DNA from: Nemertoderma westbladi
Taxonomy: Eukaryota > Animalia > Xenacoelomorpha
Reading direction: 5' to 3'
Length of the DNA: 64,000 bases
NCBI GenBank assembly: GCA_032718475.1
Contig: JAUCBJ010002000.1
Coordinates: 9,033-73,032 of the forward strand
Part shown: positions 1 through 12,045 of the stretch, one piece after another
Layout of the letters: each line of letters opens with the position of its first letter
Position numbering within the stretch: the first letter of the stretch is position 1
Notes under the pieces: model-generated
Told to the model about the DNA's origin: nothing
What the model saw: the letters and a program-made list of their open reading frames with translations, nothing else
The model's database searches: none
Position numbers and translations under genes: made by a program

Positions 1-139
1 GAAAATTGCTAGATCATCCGCATCTTCAAGGCCAGTGTCCTTTAATATGCGTCTCAAGAAAGTCATGGGCTGTCCACCATGCTTATTCACTCCATGAGGC
101 TGCCAAAGTACAAGATTATGCACTAGCTGGTCCTCACGG
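1..139 (-). mobile_element. RTE-clade LINE 3' coding fragment (same family as 54469..60270)
   Basis: Reverse complement is near-identical to ~60035..60170 (REDQPVHNLVLWQPHGVNKHGGQPMTFLRRI). Confidence 0.9.
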
Positions 140-146
140 TGATTAT

Positions 147-190
147 TTCACTGAAGATGTCCACTATGTGGATCGAAATATATTTGGTAG
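147..190 (+). ncRNA. Candidate minimal type I hammerhead ribozyme motif (Penelope-like element pLTR type)
   Basis: CTGAAGA-T-GTCCAC-TAT-GTGGAT-C-GAAA followed by palindromic AAATATATTT and an AT-rich tract. Helix I is weak. Confidence 0.4.
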
Positions 191-1029
191 CGCTTATAAA
201 TTATTATTTATAATTAATTAACTATGAAAATCTATGTAATTAAGTAACATTAGAAACACTGAAAAATAGTAAATTTTAGCTAATTTGTCTCAATGTTCTA
301 GAACATAAAAACCATAGCTAAACAATGTGAAAACGAAAAGTTTGTCTTCCATGTGTTGTAAATTATTGAACATTATATTTATAGTGATTATAGTGATACA
401 AGATTATAGTGAAAAAATATTTTTAACACTATAAAAGAGTTCATTGAAAATGGTGACCCAAGCTGTATATACATACTAATGCCCAATTACGTTGCCCAAT
501 TTTTTCTCTCGACGGCCCTGATGCTGGGCACTTGGTTTAACAACACCCAAATATATGCAAACACCTCCACACAGTTCTGGAACGCCCAAAAATTCCAATC
601 ATCTTGTCTTTGTTTTAATAAATGGGACTACAGTGCTCCTTTGCTTTATAACTCATTTCTAAATGCAAGAACATAAGTATCAGAAGTCTTCTACATGGCC
701 AACCAGCCCATCACTTCTACATGGCCAACCGGACCCACTGGCAGTCAATGATTTACAAAGATATAAAATTATACCAATATTGATTTGGATGATACCCGTT
801 ATAGACAGCTGGGTAGACTATGTGTACAAAGCTCTGGTAGGACACTACACTACAAAGCTGTGATAGGAAGCTTCAACAATACAAATCAGTGGAAAAAGAA
901 CTCAATGTAAAGGTGCATCAAAGTATTGTGATGAAAGGAAACTTAATAGTGATACCAGAATTACTACTAACAAAGGAAGGTTTAGAAGAAATGCAAGGAT
1001 ATTAACATAGAGACATAGACCAAGGCCTT

Positions 1030-1345
1030 GAAGACGTCTACAAAGTTTATGGGTAGATGCCTCCTATCTTCCCTTCGACATTTCTTCAATAAGCCACTAC
1101 TGGCATTCTGGCACGAATGGAATCCAGTTTACTTCTAGTAACTCTTTGTGTTGTTCCATATTGATTCTTACTTATGAGCCTTTAATTTGCAGGGCGGGAT
1201 ATTAGTAGTAGCATTCATGGACCTTAAAAACAATGGCAGACCATCAACATCACAGGCTTTATTTGTTTTAATAGAAGATGCAGCAGTTTCTACTTCATAA
1301 AATTTAATATCGTCTGTGACTTTGAGCACTGTGGGAGATATATGA
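1030..1345 (-). mobile_element. Degraded RTE LINE fragment (pre-RT region)
   Basis: DDIKFYEVETAASSIKTNKACDVDGLP aligns with GDISFAEVQAAAKSIKTNRASGVDGVP of the ORF at 54976..55401. Confidence 0.55.
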
Positions 1346-2969
1346 TTCATAGCGCTCATATATATATATGATCGATCATATATGTTTCATCAGAGAGTAC
1401 TCAATCATTATTGAGCGGTTTGTTAAATTAATTAAAGTTATATTAAGTATTTGCCTAGTGAAGAATGGGTCGACATTTTATATACTTTAACCAATGGGCA
1501 GCTTTTTTAAACTATGTTTAAAGTTATTATCACTATAAGAAATTCCACTCTCAAATAGATAATATACAGTATAGACCTTCACCATTTCCCTGCAAAAGTC
1601 ATAGTCGAAGCAGAGACTGCCTCACCATCAATAAATAACACATAAATAAATTTGATAATGGCAGGTAATTAATAATTCACAATATAGAGAACACATACAT
1701 TCGGTGTTTTTCATTTCTGATTCGTTGTATTCCTTCTGGTGTAATTGTTTCTGGTTTTACATAATTTATACTATATTATCTTTGTTTTCAAGTAGATAAT
1801 GGGTGCATAGAAATTTATTTTATTTTAGTTCAAAATGAAATTTTTTGGTCATACAGTTCGTTTCAACTCCACATCCCTATTTTAGTCTATTACTATCAGG
1901 ACCTACCAGCCGATCTCGGTTTAGGAATACAGTAGAAAATGTATATTTGTTAAATATAAAATATAAAATAGGTCTTTATTACAATTTTAGTTTCAATTTA
2001 ATGAATCAACGAATTGAAGCAAGTGGCTTTCTTATCCATTCTTATTTGGCTTGTCGGCAGTAGAGCTCACTTTCCTTGCCCAATCACTTTCGAGATTGAG
2101 ATGGAGAGAGATAAGTTAAGATGTTGGAAATGAATATGTGATATGTCAGTAGGGGAAGACTATAAGATACAAGGTATAATCAAACCTAGGAGGGTTTCCA
2201 TAAACGGATCAAATAGGGATGGATGCCATTCCATACAGTTTTAACTTACCTATAGATAAGCTTTAATAATTTTCCTTGAATTTTAAATCTTCTATCTTTA
2301 ATAAAGATATGGATTGAAACCATTATAATGTAGAAAAATGCGATTGCGAATTCGTAAAAATGATTATACGATTCTGCAATTCATCAAACTATTTTCACTG
2401 TCAATTACGATCTTATATTTCATTCTTAAAAATTGCTTTTCTATCCCAATCATAGGGGAATTCAGAATTTGCAGGATTTAAGAATGCCCTTTATTTCCCC
2501 ACAAGAAACATATCTTATATATAGGAGGGTCATTCGACACAATAACAATTTATCACTCTCCAGGGGAAATTCGATGCAAATAACAGCTGACTACTCCAAA
2601 ATTTTAAACTTTGTTATTTATAAATGTTAATGGTGCGGTGTATTTTTCTATTTCTATATATTCGAGTTAATTAGTTAAGTTCAAACCATCAGTTCGAATC
2701 CTAAGGAAGATAGGTGTCAAAGTATTACACAACAAATTGCTAGTTTAATGCGAACTGTCAATTATATGAGGATGGGGATGGAGAAGATATGATCTCTTAC
2801 CTTCCCAGGAAGAATGAGGCAGAAAATGAAACTATTAATCTTTTAGAGATGATTATTCCAGGAAATCTTCCAGATCCAGTTACAGATCCTACAATCCATC
2901 CTGCAAGTTCTAATATAGTAATTAAGGGAAGTCCGCCCATAGGGATACATAGATGAGGAGTGAATAGAC

Positions 2970-3500
2970 AATATATTATTATTATTATTGACGTACATGG
3001 ACATTCCAATATTATAGCAATGCACAGTACAGATAAAGACTAATATAAGATAGATATAGATATAATAGCACAATATAAGATAAATCATACAGTAGTGGCC
3101 TAAAATAATAATGGTAATATAGGAATACAGCCTAATACGTATAAAGCAGAATATAGTTGTAACAAATGGATACCGCCTAGTATGTAGAAACAAAGTTACG
3201 TATTGCACCCAATTCTTCATAAGTAAACCCGGGTACCTCAAGGTCACCACTTCTTAACACATTGCATAATTCTCTACAAAGATGAATACGCCAACTAGAG
3301 TCAATAGGATGAATTGCATAGTGCTTCACAGCCTCCCATCTGTCAATACCGTCATATGCTGCCACTGTACTCAACCCTACAGTACTTGGCCGTCTTTAAC
3401 CACTCGCTACAATGAAAGGATATTATGTATATTAACCATGAACCATCACTGCCACAATGATTAATTAAACACTCTAGCTACTAATTTAGGTAGGACAGTT
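2970..3500 (-). mobile_element. CR1/L2-group LINE 3' end with (AAT)n tail
   Basis: C-terminus WRIHLCRELCNVLRSGDLEVPGFTYEEL resembles PLCRELVD..GFLNIPGFSLVEL at 39703..39927, which is linked to RT motifs. (TAT)n at ~2973..2989 on the + strand. Confidence 0.55.
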
Positions 3501-4664
3501 ACACCCAAAGAGAAATGCGACCGGTATATTTATAATTTATTATTGGTGTTATGGGTGAATGAGTAGTTTCATATTATTATAACTTATTTTTGGGCACAGT
3601 TTTTGCAAAGTCGTCAATGTATAATATATGTATCAGGCTGTTAGGTAACAGTAGCAGGTACCGGAAATCTACCAAGTTTGGACAATTGCAAACAGTATTT
3701 TATCAATGTTCCTCAATCATGAATTTGAATATGTGTTAAAAGATGCCCAAGACTCTCCGCTTACAATTGATATAAGTCACATGATTGAGATTAAATGTGT
3801 ATTTTAATGGATTGAAAATCGCTGTCCATAGAAAGCAAGATAAAACATTATTCAAGTATAATATTTTTTGTTTCACAATGGTGGGATAAGGATGGATTCT
3901 CGGCGAATAGTAAGCTAGAACCCTAGGTCATGTATTTGTATGGATGACCAGGGAAACCTGGGGGTTCTGGAATAAAGATTATTAATTATTATTATTATTA
4001 ATCATTTTTATGTGGGGATAACTAGTGAAGGGAATCCGCACATCATGCGTGCTTACTTCGTAGCACGCATGGCTTAGCATACATACTGACCATATTAATT
4101 ATGGGCAGCAGTATAATCGCCACAGTTGTGAAAGTAGGTCAGATGCAGGCAGGGCTATGGGTGAGACTCGATAAATGGGATATTAAATCGAACAAGTTAT
4201 GTAAAATATTTAAATTTACATTTTTAAGCCAAAAAGCTTTTATTTTAATTAAATATTTTTATTTTTGAATAACATTCCATGCTCAAAGTTGTAAATACAT
4301 AATACTAGAAACAATCATCAATCAATGCCTACGCACGTATTTTAAAAGCCTTGAACTGTAATCTTATAATATGCTAGATATTATAAGATATTATTTTAAG
4401 AACATGAAGTAAATATAGTTATTATCATATTAGTTGCTTTAATTACTGGGATACTCCTGCTTTATCATAAAATATCATTGAAAAGGGCGGAGTTCTTGGC
4501 TTGCTGCATCTCACGTAGATGATATTGAAGAATTACGATTATTGTTATGAGCATAAGTTTGGAGCAGCTATGCTCCTGATAACTTCCATTCCCTCGATTT
4601 CTTCAGTGTTTTCCGCGATAATAATTGCATTCCTGAAGCACTGTATTTCAATCAAGTGTAGTTA

Positions 4665-4925
4665 TACTACTACTACTACTACACTGCACATTACACTAAT
4701 TGCCTGCTTACAGTATCATCAACCCATCCCTCATTATTCTCTTATCTTGTGAATGAGAGGCTGTATCTAGTATGTAGTAGGCTTGACCTATTTGACAATA
4801 ATGCCTCTGATAAATATGTAGGGATTTTCGCTACATTTATGAAATCCCACCTACATAACCCACTACCTCTGCTCATATCTATCCACACTTACATTCCCGT
4901 AAATATTCCCCAAAAGCACAACAGC
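4665..4925 (-). mobile_element. Old RTE-like 3' remnant with (TAG)n tail
   Basis: (TAC)n run at ~4665..4682 is the same tail type as the other RTE copies. Adjacent coding remnant is heavily decayed. Confidence 0.3.
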
Positions 4926-5289
4926 AGTGTATTATTATTATTACACAGGATATTATTGATAGCCGTCTTAACTCTTCAATTGCTTTCAAAGATAAGCAAG
5001 CATACTAGCTTATTAGTTGATTATTTACTTGTAACCAAAACTTGTAATGATACCAATCGTTAAAGCTCATATCGTGACAGATTAATTTAAAATGAACTAG
5101 GTAAAATAATACAGGGTAAAATAACTAAATTGATACTGTGTATACAACAGCATAATAATCCATACATATAATAGAGAGGGCCTACGTGTAGTTACTAAAG
5201 CAATAGTAAAAGGAATGAGGTTCCCTGAACACTTAGGGTTGGCCTGTATTATGTATTATATTATTTAATTAGTAGGTTGTAATTACTAC

Positions 5290-5450
5290 GACCCACTACA
5301 ACGACGGTCTTTGGTAATTATTTTACGGATATGGATGATTTCATTATTTGGTTCCGTAATAGGCAACTCACTTATGACTTTATGAAATATCTAAATAAAA
5401 TGCACAGAAATATAGAGTTTACAGCTGAATTCTAATCTAAAGGCTCCTTT
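5290..5450 (+). mobile_element. Penelope-like RT fragment (degraded)
   Basis: Broken frame reading ..MDDF(IIW)..FMKYLNKMHRNIEFTAE, matching the PLE RT pattern YxDD...F...LN..H..I.FT.E. Confidence 0.4.
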
Positions 5451-6879
5451 AGCTATATTGAATTTATGCAATGTAATATGTAATTACATTAAATGTACAT
5501 CTCCAATGAAATTTACATTCATCGTTACGAACTGTACAACACCCCCCACCCCCCCCCCAAACATCTTCCAATAATTAATATTTAGATTGTAAACAAATCT
5601 TTACAAACCAATTTGCACCATTTTTTGATAGTTTTGTTTCAGATTAATTCAAAATTGCTTTAATCTCAATTGATTGGAGTGCTAGAATTCGAGATACTCC
5701 ATAATCTATAGTCCTTCAATGGTTACCCTACTGTCAATGGCTACTTTGGATTGTAAGGGAAATGTTTACGGAAACGTTGTACTTTCGAGGAGCTACTTAC
5801 TATATTGGGTATATAATTTTTTTTTTTTGAAGATACACCCCCAGTCGGGGTAAATATAAATTATAATATTGGTAATAGGTATGTACGGTAGAATGTAGTT
5901 AAGATTACGTACTCGCACAGTAAATCGTAATTAGACTAATAGTTATGGTAAAATAATATATGAAAATTATTATAATTAAGCTAGTAAATGCACACAGTCA
6001 TTAATTATGGTAATAAATTAAATGGGAAGGGAGCTGGTAGTAGAGTTTATTATTTCGCTAGGTCGTGTAATGAGGGACATTTTGTTTTTAATTAAGGGTC
6101 TATAAATGTCTATTTCTTATGTTTTTTTTGATTGATTGATGTGAGCCTGTAAGGGCTCTTATATTTTGTTCCAGAATGACCGCACACAATTTACAGACAA
6201 TATTTAAATAAACAGTAGTTCACAAAACAAATTAAAATATAATTCACCTTGATTCACCTTTGTGCAAATTAGTGCGTGGTATCGGTCCTCTCATGGATTT
6301 TTACAGTAGGTACAGGAGCAGTCAGGAGTCAGTATATGGAATGGAGTCTTGTTTGAGCAAAGTAAGTGGTGAAAACCGTGGGAGGTGAATCTGGTGATGG
6401 TGTGTCTGTATGTCTGTCCCGCGCGTTTCCATGTTGTAGATATAAAAGCTGGACCAGGGATGGGGTAGTTGGCTCCGAAATTTGATTCTCTGTCTCTCCG
6501 ATGGGTTCTGTATTGAGTGGTTACTGTCGTTGAAAAAATGTTCCGGGTGTTTGGTAAGAATGTCAACGCATAAGCTGTTTTCACCTACCAGTTTTAGTGC
6601 GAGGGTGGAGGAGGCTGACGTGTGCAGTCTTAACACGTTCGTGGGGCCTTCGCGCAGCACGAGGCCCAGTTATTAGATACAAATTAAAATTGAGCGACTG
6701 TATCACAAAATCAGGTTTTGAGAAATTTACCCACACCACCAATCAATCAAAGAAAGGGGGACAGTACGTGTTCACCCCCTTTAATCCCCCCCCCCCCAAC
6801 CTTCCCAACCACCAATACATAACCGGGACATCTACCACCCACGGAAGGGTAGCACGAACTTATTTCCAATCGCACGTTA

Positions 6880-7170
6880 AATATGCAAAGCCAGGTGGTT
6901 TATAGGAATATAATAAACGCAGTACTCGTTTTCATTATAAGCCTCTTTGCGTTCGTCCTGTTTTGTATTTAAATATATTTCTTAAACGCAGGCTGACGAT
7001 ATTTATAATAATAATAACTAGGGATGCGATCAATATGTGAAGCCAGGTGGTTTATATAATAATTTAGTCAACGAGGTACTCGTCTTCATTATATGCCTCG
7101 TTGCGCTCGTCGCTTGTCCTGTTTTGTCATAAAATATTTTTCCTAAACGCAGACTGACGATCTTTATACA
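6880..7170 (+). repeat. Two tandem copies of a ~150-bp dispersed repeat
   Basis: Units start ATATGYRAAGCCAGGTGGTTTATA and end AAACGCAGRCTGACGAT, beginning at ~6881 and ~7033. Confidence 0.8.
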
Positions 7171-10100
7171 GTTATAACTATGCGAAGTTTCGAAACTGTG
7201 CGATACATCTATGTGGAGATGTGTGATATGTGGAGATGTGTGATACAACGCCAACGCATCTTATGCCGATGTAGTAATATGGGTATTGAAATAATATTAA
7301 ATCAATGTACACTCTTAAAGCTGCAGCGAAAAAATGTAGCTAATTTCCTAGGTTACATATAAAATAATAATATTATTTTTAAGAACATTAATTTTACTAC
7401 TTTGCAAAAATTCAATTAAAAAATAACCAGACATATACATTGTGGAATAAACTATTTCAGATAAGCCTACACAACAGCCATGCCATGGATGGTATTTATG
7501 TTATTATATCTGTCATTTACCTGAGATAGCAATACAACACTTATAGTAGAGTCAATACAGGAAGGATGTTGGGATGTTGGAATGCTGCCTGGGCTGGAAT
7601 AGCAATACTGGTTGCCTATTACAATTTCTCTCTGGTTAGTCTACAGCCACAACTCCAATAATAATGACCAATAATCATTCCCAGCAACTAGCTGCTGCCT
7701 TACACACACATCCTTCCATCTTACCAGCATGTTAGCCAATAAATGAGCAGTATTTAATGAGAATCAATTTTTTATGACGTTTTAATTACTTTAGATCAAT
7801 TAAAGACACAATTAATAAAGCAAATAACTTGAACTAATTAAAAACTATAATAGAATGGGGTATGTGGATTACATCTGTATAATTTTTAATTATAATTATT
7901 TAAATCTTATACTGTAAAACAATTAATTTCCTTTAAAAGGCAGGTTGAAAATGGTGTTTTTACCGTAATAACTTAATTAACTAATTAACTGCTATTATCT
8001 TAGCTTCTCGAAGGCCACAAGGAAATTCTACTTGGAAAATTTCTAAACTTTTGCCAAACAACATGTGTACCAAGTTTGGATAGATTTCATCAAAGATTGG
8101 CCGAGTTATTAACGTTTAAAATTGAACACTGCAAAAAAAGCGACAGAACGACAGAACGACAGGTTGATTAATGGTACCACTACGCTAAGGCTCACTCACT
8201 TCGTGGCTCGCCCCACATATGTTTGATATGGCAGGTTGTTGTTTTATCAAGGTCAATGAGTTTGGGTAGCGAAAGATATGGGTCAATTTCTTCTAGACTA
8301 TATGTTACCATTGGTTGTATTTACATTCGGTATATTTTGAGGCCAGTCTCGATTGAAAGAAGGTGTAGTTTTGAAAGGTAGCAGATGACGCTGTTCGCTT
8401 TTTTCTTTTTATCTAAAATATGTTTAGTGAATGGAGCAGAGTGTCGGTCGGAGAGTAATTCTGAGATATTCATATTCATTTACTATGTTTACATCATTTC
8501 CATCATAGTTGAATTTATCCATCATTGCAAGTCTACCTCCATTTCTAAATTTGATTATTTTTATTTTCTTCAAGTTTACTTCTATATATAAATATACCCA
8601 ACTTTTTGGACAGCTTGTTAATGGCCGATTATGCTTTCCTTTTGTGGATGACAGAAGTCTTCATGCAGTGTTGACGGCAGGAGTAATATTTATGTTCAAC
8701 AAAGTAGGTTGATTTTATACGGACATACGTTTTTTTTAATAGCTTTAGGACTATTCCACATACTTCAGTTTACTACTTAAATACCTCATTAAAATTGCAC
8801 CATTGACTCAATGCTAAATTTGAACCCCGAATTAGAAGAAAAGTGAAATTTTAATTTATATGCAAATTACTGCATCTACATTCCTTTGATATGTTTGATT
8901 AACTGGGAGTATTGCAGCACTGCAAAGTTTTATTTTCAAACTTATCAAACTTAATCCATTTCAATCTCGTGTTTGGAAAACAAGATTGAAAGACATGACC
9001 AGAATAATTGAAGTGGTGAGTTCGAAAAGGGCCTAAATGACAAATTTGACAATATTTTTTTGCTTAACGCTTGTAGTTTTTAAAGTTATACCCATCAGTG
9101 AGAGCTATAAAGCTGCATCTTAATTCCTTTTATGAGAAAAACGAAAAACAAAATCTACATTGTCTTGGATTGAGTTCGAAAAGGCACTATCTGTGACAGA
9201 TAGGTCCTTTTAGAACTCATTTGCGAATCAGCTGATTTTGCATTGGAATGTGATAGAGTGAAATTTGAAATATCAGTATACAAATATGATGACCAGGCCT
9301 CATTATTTTTGAGAAATTGCTAATTTATCAAAAATAAGCTATTTTTGAGATATTTTTCATTTTATTTTTGCTATTTATGCGATGTTGACTAAATCATCCT
9401 GTAATGATATTTATTACTCTAAATATTGAAACATGTTTGTTTTTTTTGAGTAAAACCGACCCTTAGTACAGTGTTTAACAAACTAAATGTTCAAAATTAA
9501 AAATGACAACTACAGTATAAAAGTTCATATTTTACTTGGTAGTTCGCCATTTATTATTAAATCTATTGAAACTTGTTTGTTACAATTAAACAATTACTAC
9601 AAATTAGCATAAATTTGCAGCACCACCTAGCGGTGCAGAATTATTTTCACCAAATTTCGCCTGATAGTTAATGTGGCCCCATCTTTGATCTATCATTTTT
9701 AAAAACTTTCATGTGATTAGGTTTTGGGAGTATTATGATTGGGTTTTAAGCGCAATCAAATTTTTTACTATTAACTTAGAATTAACTAATATTAAATACC
9801 ATAAAATAAAATTGTTCTGACCTGTCATGTAGAATAGCATCTTATTTACCTATATTCCAAATTATAGCCAAAACCAAACAATTTTGAAACGCTGAGAGTG
9901 ATAAATCGAAGAGTTGTCCGAAAGTGGTGTAAGTAGTACAGTACAGTAGTACTAGTGCAGTAGTACACATTACACACCCTTATAGAGTGAGCTCTTACAT
10001 CTCTCTTGTCAGCGTGTATTGGTGGCCTATTTCTGTATTTATTAGTTCTATAGAATAATCCACACGAGACCACCCCCCCCCCCCCCCCCCCCCCATTTCA

Positions 10101-10507
10101 CAGATTTGTCATGAATTTGTATATAGGTAGACATCCACCCCCGCCCCCACCCCCATCTTTATGTTAAAATTTGACTTATTTACGTCCATCGGGGCCATTG
10201 GAACATACGATTAACGTAATTAATTATTTGTAATAATTATATTGTTGTGCTATAATTATAAAACATTTATTGTGTGTACAATGGGCTACGGTCCGATTAA
10301 ATAAAAGTAATAATTATAATTAATATATTTATAATGATTTAATAATAATCACATCCTACTCTTTCAATCCCATCCTTATAATTAATTATCATTTACACAT
10401 TCATTGTAGTAAAAATTATCATCCTAATTGATATCATGTATCCTGTGTTTATGGCACCAATACAAAAAACCAACCCACAGTGTCCCACGAACATAGACGA
10501 AAGTCAA

Positions 10508-12045
10508 TACGGCTACGGCTATGGTTATGGTTACGGCTACAGCTATGGCTACGGCTATGGTACGGCTACAGCTATGGCTACGGCTACAGCTATGGCTACG
10601 GCTACGGCTACAGCTATGGCTACGGTACGGCTATGGCTACGGCTATGGCCACAGCTATGGCTACGGTACAGCTATGGCTATGGTTACGGCTACAGCTATG
10701 GCTACAGCTATGGCTACGGTACGGCTATGGCTACGGCTATGGCCACAGCTATGGCTACAGCTATGGCTACGGCTATGGCTACAGCTATGGCTACGGCTAT
10801 GGTTACAGCTATGGCTATGGCTACAGCTATGGCTACGGCTATGGTTACAGCTACGGCTATGGCTACGGCTATGGTACGGCTACAGCTATGGCTACAGCTA
10901 TGGTACGGCTATGGCTACGGCTATGGCCACGGCTATGGCTACAGCTATGGCTACAGCTATGGCTATGGCTACGGCTATGGTTACGGCTACAGCTATGGCT
11001 ACGGCTATGGTACGGCTACAGCTATGGCTACGGCTACAGCTATGGCTACGGCTATGGTTACGGCTACAGCTATGGCTACGGTACGGCTACAGCTATGGCT
11101 ACAGCTATGGCTACAGCTATGGCTACGGTACGGCTACAGCTATGGCTACAGCTATGGCTACAGCTATGGCTACAGCTATGGCTACAGCTACAGCTATGGC
11201 TACGGTATGGCTACAGCTATGGCTATGGCTACAGCTATGGCTACGGTACAGCTATGGCTACGGCTACAGCTATGACTACGGCTACAGCTATGGCTACGGC
11301 TATGGCTACAGCTATGTCTACGGTACGGCTATGGTTACAGCTACGGCTATGGGTACAGCTATGGCTACGGCTATGGCTATGGCTATGGCCACGGCTATGG
11401 CTACAGCTATGGCTATGGCTACAGCTATGGCTATGGCTACGGCTATGGTTACAGCTACGGCTATGGCTATGGCTACGGCTATGGCTACAGCTATGGCTAC
11501 AGTACGGCTATGGTTACAGCTACGGCTATGGCTACGGCTATGGCTACGGCCACAGCTATGGCTACAGCTATGGCTACGGCTATGGCTACAGCTACGGCTA
11601 TGGCTACGGCCACGGCTATGGCTACAGCTATGGCTACGGCTACGGTTACAGCTACGGCTATGGCTACGGCTATGGTTACAGCTACGGCTATGGCTACGGC
11701 TATGGCTACAGCTATGGCTATGGCTACAGCTATGGCTACAGCTATGGCTACGGTACGGCTATGGCTACGGCTATGGCTACAGCTATGGCTACGGCTATGG
11801 CTACAGCTATGGCTATGGCTATGGTTACAGCCACGGCTACGGCTACAGCTACGGCTATGGCTACGGCTACGGTTACAGTACGGCTACGGTTCGGCTACGG
11901 TATGGCTATGGTTATGGTATGGCTACGGCTACGGTATGGCTACGGCTATGGCTACAGTACGGCTACGGTACGGCTATGGCTACGGTACAGCTACGGCACG
12001 GCTACGGCTATGGCTATGGCTACGGCTACGGCTATGGTTACAGTT
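10508..12045 (+). repeat. ~1.5-kb degenerate hexamer microsatellite (GGCTAC/GGCTAT/AGCTAT) with interspersed 5-nt GGTAC units
   Basis: Directly visible. It produces long low-complexity ORFs (YGYGYS / ATAM / LWLRLQ) in all three + frames. Confidence 0.97.

Noticed and set aside
6291-6905. Cluster of GC-richer ORFs, possibly a LINE ORF1
   Set aside because: No motif I can name with confidence, and the frames are short and broken.
8200-9300. Possible second Sola-like relic (KGKHNRP, repeated GAGTTCGAAAAGG)
   Set aside because: Only fragmentary motifs; no termini or TSD found.
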